Positions 18,687-25,889 of a DNA stretch of 32,000 bases are shown piece by piece (within the stretch, counting starts at the first letter, position 1; every line of letters begins with the position of its first letter). Below the pieces are notes generated by a model. That model searched no databases and was not told where the DNA came from. It saw only the letters and a list, made by a program, of their open reading frames with translations. Origin of the DNA: Longivirga aurantiaca (GTDB lineage Bacteria; Actinomycetota; Actinomycetes; S36-B12; CAIYMF01); assembly GCF_042660085.1 (NCBI RefSeq), contig NZ_JBHSTI010000008.1, forward strand, positions 1,479,876 through 1,511,875, in the 5' to 3' direction. A program made the translations under genes and the position numbers.

Positions 18687-19670
18687 GTGAACATCCCCGG
18701 CTGGATCTGGGCCGCCACGATCGCGCTGTACACGGTGCTGTTCGTCATCGATCTGCTGATCGTGGGCCGTCGCCCGCACATCCCCAGCACGGCCGAGTGC
18801 GTCCGTTGGCTGAGCCTCTACGTCGGCATCGCGATCGCGTTCGGCCTGGCCATGTGGTGGTGGGCGGGTCGCGACTACGCCGTGCAGTTCTTCGCGGGCT
18901 GGGTGACCGAGTACAGCCTGTCGGTCGACAACCTCTTCGTGTTCCTGCTGATCATGGCGCGCTTCTTCGTGCCGCGTGAGCTGCAGCAGTCCGTGCTCAT
19001 GTACGGCATCTTCATCGCGCTGATCCTGCGGGCGATCTTCATCGCGCTGGGTGCCGCGGTGATTGCTCAGTACAGCTGGGTCTTCTACTTCTTCGGCGCC
19101 TTCCTCGTGTTCACCGCGGTCAGGCTCGCCACCGAGGGGGAGACCGACGACGACGAGTACCGCGAGAACGCCCTTGTGCGCTGGGTCTCGCGGCTCGTCT
19201 CGACCACCCCCGACTTCCACGGCACGAAGCTGCACACCATCGTCGACGGCAAGAAGCTGTGGACCCCGATGCTGCTGGTGCTGCTCTCGCTGGGCACCAC
19301 CGACCTCGTCTTCGCGCTGGACTCGATCCCCGCGATCTTCGGCCTCACGCAGGAGGCGTACATCGTGTTCGCCGCCAACGTGTTCGCGCTGCTCGGCCTC
19401 CGCCAGCTGTACTTCCTGCTCGGCGACCTGCTGAACCGGCTCATCTACCTGTCGATCGGGCTCGCGATCGTGCTCGGGTTCATCGGCGTCAAGCTCGTGC
19501 TCGAGGCCATGCACACCAACTCGGTGCCGTTCCTGAACGGCGGCGAGCCCTTCCCGGTGCCCGTGCCCTCCACAGGGCTCTCCCTCGCCGTCATCGTCAC
19601 CGTCCTCACGGTCACGACCGTCGCGAGCCTCGTCGTCTCGCGGCGTGAGGGTGCGCGAGAGCCTCTGTAG
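18687..19670 (+). CDS. TerC/Alx-family integral membrane protein (copy 1)
   Basis: 327 aa: MNIPGWIWAATIALYTVLFVIDLLIVGRRPHIPSTAECVRWLSLYVGIAIAFG...EYSLSVDNLFVFLLIMARFFVP...LSLGTTDLVFALDSIPAIFGLTQEAYIVFAANVFALLGLRQLYFLLGDLL. Confidence 0.95.
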   Translation: MNIPGWIWAATIALYTVLFVIDLLIVGRRPHIPSTAECVRWLSLYVGIAIAFGLAMWWWAGRDYAVQFFAGWVTEYSLSVDNLFVFLLIMARFFVPRELQQSVLMYGIFIALILRAIFIALGAAVIAQYSWVFYFFGAFLVFTAVRLATEGETDDDEYRENALVRWVSRLVSTTPDFHGTKLHTIVDGKKLWTPMLLVLLSLGTTDLVFALDSIPAIFGLTQEAYIVFAANVFALLGLRQLYFLLGDLLNRLIYLSIGLAIVLGFIGVKLVLEAMHTNSVPFLNGGEPFPVPVPSTGLSLAVIVTVLTVTTVASLVVSRREGAREPL

Positions 19671-19761
19671 GCCTCGTCAGGGAGGTCCCCCTGGCCCTGC
19701 TGGCGCGGGCAGGCGCCCCTCAGGATGTGTGCTTCGCCCCCTCGCTCGGTAGGTTCTCCGG

Positions 19762-20763
19762 ATGGACGTCACCCTCGCACTCTGGGCCGCCACGATCGCC
19801 GGCATCCTCGTGCTGATCGCGCTCGACTTCGTCACCGTCAGCCGCAAGCCGCACGAGGTGGAGTTCCGCGAGGCTGCGCTCTGGTCCGTCTTCTACATCG
19901 GCATCGCCATCGCGTTCGGCGCGTGGATCTGGTTCTCCTTCGGCACGACGCCGGGCACGGAGTACTTCGCGGCGTACCTCGTGGAGAAGTCGCTCTCGGT
20001 CGACAACCTCTTCGTCTTCGTCATCATCCTGACGCAGTTCGCGGTGCCGTCGATCTACCACCAGCGGGTCCTGCTCGTCGGTGTCGTCCTCGCTCTGGTG
20101 TTCCGCGCGATCTTCATCGCCATCGGTGCTGCGGCGCTGGCGGCGTTCGCCTTCACGTTCGTCATCTTCGGCGCCATCCTCATCTGGACGGGCATCGGCC
20201 TGTTCCGGCACAGGGACGCCGACCCGAACCCCAAGGACAACGCGGTGGTGCGCAGCGTCCGTCGTTTCGTCCCCGTCACCGACGAGTACGACGGCACGAA
20301 GCTGTTCACACACATCGACGGCAAGCGCATGGCCACGCCGCTGTTCCTCGTGATGATCGCCATCGGCTCGACCGACCTGCTGTTCGCCCTCGACTCGATC
20401 CCGGCGACCTTCGGCGTCACCCAGGAGCCGTACCTCGTCTTCGCTGCGAACGCGTTCGCGCTGCTGGGCCTGCGCGCCCTCTACTTCCTGCTCAAGGGCC
20501 TGCTCGACAAGCTCGTCTACCTCTCCGTCGGTCTGGCGCTCATCCTGGTCTTCATCGGCGTCAAGCTGGTGCTGCTGTGGGCGCACGAGACCTGGCCGGC
20601 GGTGCCCAAGATCGAGACGTCGACCTCGCTCATCGTCATCGCGGCCGTCCTCACGATCACCGCGCTCGCGAGCTGGTGGGCGGTGCGTCGCGACCCCGAC
20701 CGCATCGCGCACGCCGGCACCGTGACCGATCCGCACCGCGACGACGACGAGCCGAAGGCCTGA
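19762..20763 (+). CDS. TerC/Alx-family integral membrane protein (copy 2)
   Basis: 333 aa: MDVTLALWAATIAGILVLIALDFVTVSRKPHEVEFREAALWSVFYIGIAIAFG...EKSLSVDNLFVFVIILTQFAVP...IAIGSTDLLFALDSIPATFGVTQEPYLVFAANAFALLGLRALYFLLKGLLDKLVYLS. Confidence 0.95.
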   Translation: MDVTLALWAATIAGILVLIALDFVTVSRKPHEVEFREAALWSVFYIGIAIAFGAWIWFSFGTTPGTEYFAAYLVEKSLSVDNLFVFVIILTQFAVPSIYHQRVLLVGVVLALVFRAIFIAIGAAALAAFAFTFVIFGAILIWTGIGLFRHRDADPNPKDNAVVRSVRRFVPVTDEYDGTKLFTHIDGKRMATPLFLVMIAIGSTDLLFALDSIPATFGVTQEPYLVFAANAFALLGLRALYFLLKGLLDKLVYLSVGLALILVFIGVKLVLLWAHETWPAVPKIETSTSLIVIAAVLTITALASWWAVRRDPDRIAHAGTVTDPHRDDDEPKA

Positions 20764-20798
20764 CCTCGTCACCACGACCTCGTCACCGCGACCTCGGC
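20763..20798. repeat. Short 14-bp tandem repeat overlapping the end of the second terC gene
   Basis: ACCTCGTCACCACG / ACCTCGTCACCGCG / ACCTCGGC read directly from the sequence. Confidence 0.8.
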
Positions 20799-20928
20799 GG
20801 GGGACCAGGCTCTGCACCGCGACAAGCGCGCCAGCAGGGCCGTCCGAGCGTTCGGCGCTGTGCCCGCGCGCAGGCCGGCCGAGGCCTACCGTGCGCGCAC
20901 CGGCCCGCACTCGTCGCCTGGAGTCGCC

Positions 20929-21096
20929 ATGGCCCGCATCGTCACCCTCGTGGCAGCCCTCGCTGGCGCGGTCGCGCTGCCCGTCGGGATCATGCAGGCC
21001 CGGTCGGACGCGACGTCCGAGGGCGCTGCCGGAGCGACGCTGCTGATCGGTGCGGGTGTCGTGGTGCACGCTCACCGGCCGTGGCACGGCAGGTGA
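20929..21096 (+). CDS. Possible small membrane protein (55 aa)
   Basis: MARIVTLVAALAGAVALPVGIMQARSDATSEGAAGATLLIGAGVVVHAHRPWHGR. Short hydrophobic ORF; support is weak. Confidence 0.22.
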   Translation: MARIVTLVAALAGAVALPVGIMQARSDATSEGAAGATLLIGAGVVVHAHRPWHGR

Positions 21097-21156
21097 GGGA
21101 AGGCCATCGAGTCGAGTACGCCGTGCAACCCGGTTCGCCGAGGAGTCTGCGGCCGC

Positions 21157-21342
21157 TCACCAGCCGCGGTCGCGCCACTCGGCGAGGTGGGGCCGCTCGG
21201 CGCCGAGGGTCGTGTCCTTGCCGTGGCCCGGGTAGACCCAGGTCTCGTCCGGCAGGACGTCGAAGAGCTTGCCGACCACGTCTGCGTACAGGCTGTCGAA
21301 CCGCGACGCGTCGCCCCAGGTGTTGCCCGAGCCCCCGGGGAA
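21157..21342 (-). pseudogene. C-terminal remnant of an MBL-fold hydrolase gene
   Basis: Encodes ...GGSGNTWGDASRFDSLYADVVGKLFDVLPDETWVYPGHGKDTTLGAERPHLAEWRDRGW*, nearly identical to the C-terminus of the intact MBL gene at 25890..26546. Confidence 0.93.
21159..21342. repeat. Left copy of 184-bp direct repeat (partner 25892-26075)
   Basis: Same-orientation match with 3 mismatches counted by eye (1 at the GCCGACC/GCTGACC site, 2 at CCCGAGC/CCCACGC). Confidence 0.93.
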
Positions 21343-21346
21343 AAGC

Positions 21347-21556
21347 ATGGGCCAGGTTCGCGCGCACCCTCTCCTGGCCGAGCTGCGCGCCAGCCGCACC
21401 CTGGTCGCACGCCTGCTGTCGCAGATCGGCTTGCCGGGTGAAGGTGACGAGGTCGCGCTGACGCCGCTTCAGCGACGCTCCAAGCGCGGCAACGATGGCC
21501 GCTGGGCAGCGCATCGGGAGTCAGTCGCGCGACGTCGTGCGGCAGGACTCGAGTGA
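21347..21556 (+). pseudogene. Possible C-terminal remnant of a phage terminase small subunit
   Basis: MGQVRAHPLLAELRASRTLVARLLSQIGLPGEGDEVALTPLQRRSKRGNDGRWAAHRESVARRRAAGLE*. The tail pattern (HPxLxExRxxRxxxARLLxxxxLP ... QRRxxRG) resembles small terminase C-termini. The N-terminus is missing at the repeat junction. Confidence 0.35.
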
Positions 21557-21834
21557 TGGCGCGCCGACGCCGGCAGACCGAGCCCGCCGTGGTTCACCCG
21601 CTGACGATGTCCGGCTACGTCGCCGCCCGGGTGACGGCCACCGGCGCGCCTGTCGTGGCGTACGGCTTCCAGTTCGGGCGCACGGGCCCGGAGGGCATGG
21701 TCGAGTTCGCGCTCGAGCCCGACGGCACCCTGACGGCCGTGGAGCGGTTCCGGATGAGCCCGTCGGAGGTTCGGCACCGTCGCCCCGATGGCACCGTCGT
21801 CCGGAGCGAAGGGGTGGACGATGGCACGACGTAG
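21553..21834 (+). CDS. Hypothetical small protein in accessory region
   Basis: MMARRRRQTEPAVVHPLTMSGYVAARVTATGAPVVAYGFQFGRTGPEGMVEFALEPDGTLTAVERFRMSPSEVRHRR... Start overlaps the upstream stop codon (GTGATG). Confidence 0.5.
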   Translation: MMARRRRQTEPAVVHPLTMSGYVAARVTATGAPVVAYGFQFGRTGPEGMVEFALEPDGTLTAVERFRMSPSEVRHRRPDGTVVRSEGVDDGTT

Positions 21835-22129
21835 GACGCCACCGGAGCCCGAGCCGGACCAGGGTGCACCGATGCCGCCCGAGCTCCAGTTCCGCCCGCC
21901 GATGCCGCTGACGATCTCCGAGTTCCGCGACTTGAAGCGACGCCGTACCGAGTGGCTCGAGGCGCACGACCTGCTCGACGACCGCGGGCTGCCGGACTGG
22001 CAACGCCTGCCGAATCCGGGCGGTCCTCCGCGATCGGTACGTTCCGCTCATGGACCCCCGCCCCGTGACCGTCACCGACTCGGCGGGCGACTGGCAGGGG
22101 TGGCTTCTCGCATGGCGCCGCGATGGTGA
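21821..22129 (+). CDS. Hypothetical small protein in accessory region
   Basis: MARRRTPPEPEPDQGAPMPPELQFRPPMPLTISEFRDLKRRRTEWLEAHDLLDDRGLPDWQRLPNPGG... ATG overlaps the end of the previous ORF. The C-terminal part may be out of frame with the true gene. Confidence 0.45.
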   Translation: MARRRTPPEPEPDQGAPMPPELQFRPPMPLTISEFRDLKRRRTEWLEAHDLLDDRGLPDWQRLPNPGGPPRSVRSAHGPPPRDRHRLGGRLAGVASRMAPRW

Positions 22130-22229
22130 CCACTGGCGCGGCCTCGTCCGATACCGGAAGCCGCACGAGACCGGATACGTCCTGACCTACGAGCACGCGG
22201 TCGACGGCGGCTCTCTGCGGCCTCGCTAG
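22050..22229 (+). CDS. Micro-protein A (59 aa), paralogue of 23697..23873
   Basis: MDPRPVTVTDSAGDWQGWLLAWRRDGDHWRGLVRYRKPHETGYVLTYEHAVDGGSLRPR*. Too short for the supplied ORF track. Conserved with a second locus in this window. Confidence 0.65.
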   Translation: MDPRPVTVTDSAGDWQGWLLAWRRDGDHWRGLVRYRKPHETGYVLTYEHAVDGGSLRPR

Positions 22230-22365
22230 GCGAGGCCTATCGGCACTTCGCCGGCCTTCGCCCCGCAGTGGTCGCAGGCGCCGCTCAGCTCGACCAGCGG
22301 TGAACTGCATCGTGGCCAGAGCCGCCGCGACAAGCGGCGTGCCTTTCCGTTCGTGGAGATGCAGC

Positions 22366-22395
22366 CGCGACGGGGTCCTGATGAACCCCGTCGCG
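22366..22395 (-). terminator. Hairpin downstream of the collagen-like protein gene
   Basis: CGCGACGGGG-TCCTGATGAA-CCCCGTCGCG, perfect 10-bp arms, 16 bp beyond the stop codon at 22411 on the minus strand. Confidence 0.65.
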
Positions 22396-22410
22396 TGCTA
22401 ATGCAGGCAG

Positions 22411-23277
22411 TTACTGGGTCGGTTGGAGACTTCCGAACGCCGGGCAGACCCCGAGGCCGGGGGTTGTGAGGTGCATGCCGTATCCGACATGGCCGATGAT
22501 GTTCGGCACGGTTCCGTAGTGGCCGGCTACGAAGTTGACCTGTCCAGATCCCTCGCCGCTGCTGTCGCTGGTAGCGGCCACAACTGTGTACGACGAGGCA
22601 CCGCCCTTGAATCCGTCGCCCTCGAAGCTGAACGCAGTTGCGCCCTTGACGCCGCCACCGGCGATATTGAATTGGTCGGCGCGACTCAGAGTGATGGTGA
22701 TCGACGTGGTCGGGGCCGTGTAGGAGCACGACACGGTCAACGTGTAGCCGTTCACGGTCGTGGTGGCCGAGCCCGTCTGGCCAAATCCTCCCAACGGATT
22801 CACGAAGAAGGATGGCGAATTCGGTCCTGCGGGGCCGGGTGCGCCGTCCTGACCGTCCTGACCGGCCGGGCCGGTCGGACCGGCGGGTCCAGTGGCGCCC
22901 CGCGCGGCCAGAAGCCCCCAGGCCGTTGCGCTCGACGCCGGGGGCTTGTTGAGCGAGGACGTCTTGGCGACGTAGGAGGAGCCGCCCACCGTCACCACGT
23001 CCTGCGTCGCGTAAGTCACCGTCGAGGACCATGCGTTGCGATACCTGTAGCCCTTGGCCCAGTGGATCGTCTGCTCACTGGTGGTGCACGTCTTGCCCCG
23101 CTGGGCGTCGATGACGCGCGTGGCACCTGTGGTCTTGTTGACGCATGCCGTATAGGTGCTCGTCGTGCTCGACGGGATGTTGGCAACTGCTACGCCCCCA
23201 CCGAAGACGAGCATGCTCACGGCGACGCCCGCCACGAATCCGGTAAGACCCCGCCGTCTTGCAAGAAGCTGCTTCAT
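22411..23277 (-). CDS. Secreted protein with putative chitin/carbohydrate-binding module and collagen-like Gly-X-Y segment
   Basis: MKQLLARRRGLTGFVAGVAVSMLVFGGGVAVANIPSSTTSTYTACVNKTTGATRVIDAQRGKTCTTSEQTIHW...YRNAWSSTVTYATQDVVTVGGSSYVAKTSSLNKPPASSATAWGLLAARGATGPAGPTGPAGQDGQDGAPGPAGPNSPSFF... Signal-like N-terminus; CBM5/12-like motif; ATG at 23277. Confidence 0.8.
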   Translation of the reverse strand: MKQLLARRRGLTGFVAGVAVSMLVFGGGVAVANIPSSTTSTYTACVNKTTGATRVIDAQRGKTCTTSEQTIHWAKGYRYRNAWSSTVTYATQDVVTVGGSSYVAKTSSLNKPPASSATAWGLLAARGATGPAGPTGPAGQDGQDGAPGPAGPNSPSFFVNPLGGFGQTGSATTTVNGYTLTVSCSYTAPTTSITITLSRADQFNIAGGGVKGATAFSFEGDGFKGGASSYTVVAATSDSSGEGSGQVNFVAGHYGTVPNIIGHVGYGMHLTTPGLGVCPAFGSLQPTQ

Positions 23278-23457
23278 GGAACACCTGGCTCCCGATCGTT
23301 GTCCCGGACACTCGACGAGCACCGTGGGCGTGCGCGCGACACTAGTTCTGGCCGGTAACCACTGTCCTGGGAACGGACGCACCTGGCCGGCCCGACCCGG
23401 ACGTGCGACGACCCCGACACCTACGGGGGCGAGGTAGCGGGGTCGTCGGTGGATCAG

Positions 23458-23652
23458 CTACCGGTGGTCCTCCGGGTTGAGCAGGGCGTCAACCATCGTC
23501 ACCCCGCACAGCGCCTCGACTGTCCAGTCATCGTGCACCGCATGCGCCGTCCCAATGCCGATGACGACGGCAGCGGGCACCACTCGACGGCCCGCCTTCA
23601 TGCCGTCGGGGGTCTTGCTCTTCGTCTCAGCGAACCCGGTGATCAGCGTCAT
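23458..23652 (-). CDS. Hypothetical small protein (64 aa)
   Basis: MTLITGFAETKSKTPDGMKAGRRVVPAAVVIGIGTAHAVHDDWTVEALCGVTMVDALLNPEDHR*. Plausible amino-acid composition, divergent to micro-protein B. Confidence 0.4.
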   Translation of the reverse strand: MTLITGFAETKSKTPDGMKAGRRVVPAAVVIGIGTAHAVHDDWTVEALCGVTMVDALLNPEDHR

Positions 23653-23696
23653 GCGGTCAGCATTGCAGCCGGTTCCGACGGCGGTACGGTCGCAGC

Positions 23697-23873
23697 GTGG
23701 ACCCCGTCGCCTGCACAGTCACCACGGACACGGGCGAGCGTCCCGGTTGGGTACTGGCGTGGCAGCGCACGGAGGGCACCTGGCGCGCCCTGTGCCGCTA
23801 CTCGCGGCCCGTCGACGGGTACAGCCTCACCTTCGAGCATTGGCTGCCGGCGAGCGCCCTGCGTGCCCGCTAG
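23697..23873 (+). CDS. Micro-protein B (58 aa), paralogue of 22050..22229
   Basis: VDPVACTVTTDTGERPGWVLAWQRTEGTWRALCRYSRPVDGYSLTFEHWLPASALRAR*. 27 identities over about 58 aligned positions with micro-protein A (hand alignment, one gap). Confidence 0.65.
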   Translation: MDPVACTVTTDTGERPGWVLAWQRTEGTWRALCRYSRPVDGYSLTFEHWLPASALRAR

Positions 23874-24212
23874 CGGTTGCATCGCCCGCGCCGGCCGCGC
23901 TTCCCTAGTCGGGTGGACTGCGAGTGGTTGACCGTTGACGAGGTCGCAGGGCCGGCTCGGCTACGATCGCGCGACCGTCTACCCCCTGGTGCTCGCCAGG
24001 CCCCTTCCCGTCTCGCTGCCCCGTTGGACGAGCGGGCGGCGCTGGAAGGCAAGACCAGCATCGCCTTGACGCCGTGCGAGGCCCGGCGCCACACCGAAAC
24101 CCGTAGCGCAAGGGCGGCGGGACCAAACCGAATGGTGACGGGACTTGGCTCGCCAGGACTGGCTCGAGCCTCCTCACTAGCCTGAAGAGGAGACACGTGG
24201 GGGTGGATCGCG

Positions 24213-25061
24213 ATGACCTTTGCATCCAGGACGTGGTCCCTGTTTGTGCTGGCGTTGCTGGTCGCATCTTGCGGTTCGGCTTCCACAGACTCCGTGCCAT
24301 GGGAAGGACTGGGCCCCGTGGTCCCGCTCTCGGGCGTCGCCCGGGTCGACGCAAGCATGGGGCCGCTCGAGGTCGAGGTGGTTGCGATCCGATGCAACTC
24401 CCGCTACTGCTTCGTGCGGCAGAACGTGCGGAACCTGGGCAAGCAGCGTGAGCGCTTCTTGTGGCCGGAGACCCTGATCGATGCGAAGGGCGTTCCCCAC
24501 CGCAGTTGTTGCGGTGACGTGGGGCTCGCCGGCGCGAGCATTCCGCCGGGCCATTCCCAGCCCATGTTCGTCGAGTGGTCACTACCAGCCGAGCTCACCC
24601 TCGTCGCGATGGAAATTGGGGCACCGCGAATAGAGCTGCCACGACCGCTCGACCTGACCCAACAGGAGTCCGATCTCACGCCCGACACCGACTACGGCGA
24701 TGAGGTGCCCATTGGCGTTTCGGTCTCCGCCGACACCGAGTACGGCGCCTTCCAGGTGACGGTGGACTCCATCGCCTGCCGCGTCCGCGAATGCCGGATC
24801 ACTCAGCATGCGACCGGGCTCGACCAGGACGCCAACTGGAGGGACTACCCCGCCTACCTGCAGCAGGCGCTGGACGCGGCAGGAGGACGACACGCCGCGC
24901 TTGTGCCCTGGCCCGGGGACGATCCTCGCTACGGACCAATGGTCCACTCCGCCTGGGAGGCTAAGGAGTTCTACGCCACGTTCGACATCCCCGCCGGCAC
25001 CCGGCTGACGCAACTGATCATGCCGGGTGCCGCCAAGCCTGTGCGGCTGCCCCTTAGCTGA
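24213..25061 (+). CDS. Putative lipoprotein of unknown function (282 aa)
   Basis: MTFASRTWSLFVLALLVASCGSASTDSVPWEGLGPVV...; lipobox LVASC; Cys-containing extracytoplasmic domain (RCNSRYCFVRQNVRNLG..., SIACRVRECRITQHATG). Confidence 0.75.
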   Translation: MTFASRTWSLFVLALLVASCGSASTDSVPWEGLGPVVPLSGVARVDASMGPLEVEVVAIRCNSRYCFVRQNVRNLGKQRERFLWPETLIDAKGVPHRSCCGDVGLAGASIPPGHSQPMFVEWSLPAELTLVAMEIGAPRIELPRPLDLTQQESDLTPDTDYGDEVPIGVSVSADTEYGAFQVTVDSIACRVRECRITQHATGLDQDANWRDYPAYLQQALDAAGGRHAALVPWPGDDPRYGPMVHSAWEAKEFYATFDIPAGTRLTQLIMPGAAKPVRLPLS

Positions 25062-25153
25062 TGGATTAACTCGGGCCGGGCCTGGCGATGTGACTACTCG
25101 AGTCGCCCGCGCCTGACGTGCAATGGTCCTCCCGGGTCTGCCACGGTTGCCGC

Positions 25154-25805
25154 ATGAGTGACAGTGACCAGTTCGCGAAAGCGTGGGAGCGCGACGAGAC
25201 CCCGAAGCTGAGCCGGGTGCCGCCGGTTCACCGACCATCGGGCTACCTCCGGTCAACTTCGGATCATCAGGTCAGGCTGACGACATCGTGGAACTCACTA
25301 GGAATGCCCTAAACGAGACGCGACTACAGAACACTTCCCAGCCCAAACACAAGTTCTCGCACTTGATTCTGGTCGCCAGCACGTCGGGTGACCATGAGCG
25401 ACCGGTTCGGGTGCGGGTTGCCTACGTCAACCAGTACGAAGACGAAGACACCACGGCTGCTACTTCGCGTCGCACGGTCACCTGCGCCACAGCTACACAG
25501 ATGTCGCCACCATCGATGTGGTCTCACCAGCGTTCTGGTTGGCGCTTCCCCAATACGCGCAAGTTCATCAAGTGGTCGATTGGAACGTTACGCACTGGTG
25601 GAGGATGCGCATGGCCGTCGCTGCGGAACTTGGCGAAGGCCTCTCGCCATCGAGCCCGGCCCAGGCCGACGCTCTCGGCCTGCCTGGGACCGAACTGGCA
25701 GAAGAGGTCCTCAACGTGCAGTTCGTCTGCCTAGATCCGGATCTGTGCACTGCGGGTTCTGCACATCGACTGTTTCGCCCCCGCCCCCGATCATTGGCCA
25801 CCTAG
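25154..25805 (+). pseudogene. Frame-disrupted hypothetical gene
   Basis: Plausible protein segments in three successive frames: MSDSDQFAKAWERDETPKLSRVPP; GQADDIVELTRNALNETRLQNTSQPKHKFSHLILVASTSGDHERPVRVRVAYVNQYEDED; VATIDVVSPAFWLALPQYAQVHQVVDWNVTHWWRMRMAVAAELGEGLSPSSPAQADALGLPGTELAEEVLNVQFVCLDPDLC. Confidence 0.45.
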
Positions 25806-25889
25806 ACGAGCGCCGTGAGCACCGGTACGCGCGGCCATGCCTTTCGGTGTGGAGCAGTTCGGGGCGCATAGATCGAGGCCCGGGCACTG

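Noticed and set aside
22226-23032. 268-aa minus ORF with CDHCG motif near its end
   Set aside because: Most of it overlaps the better-supported collagen-like gene in another frame. A lone CxxC at the end is not enough for a zinc ribbon call.
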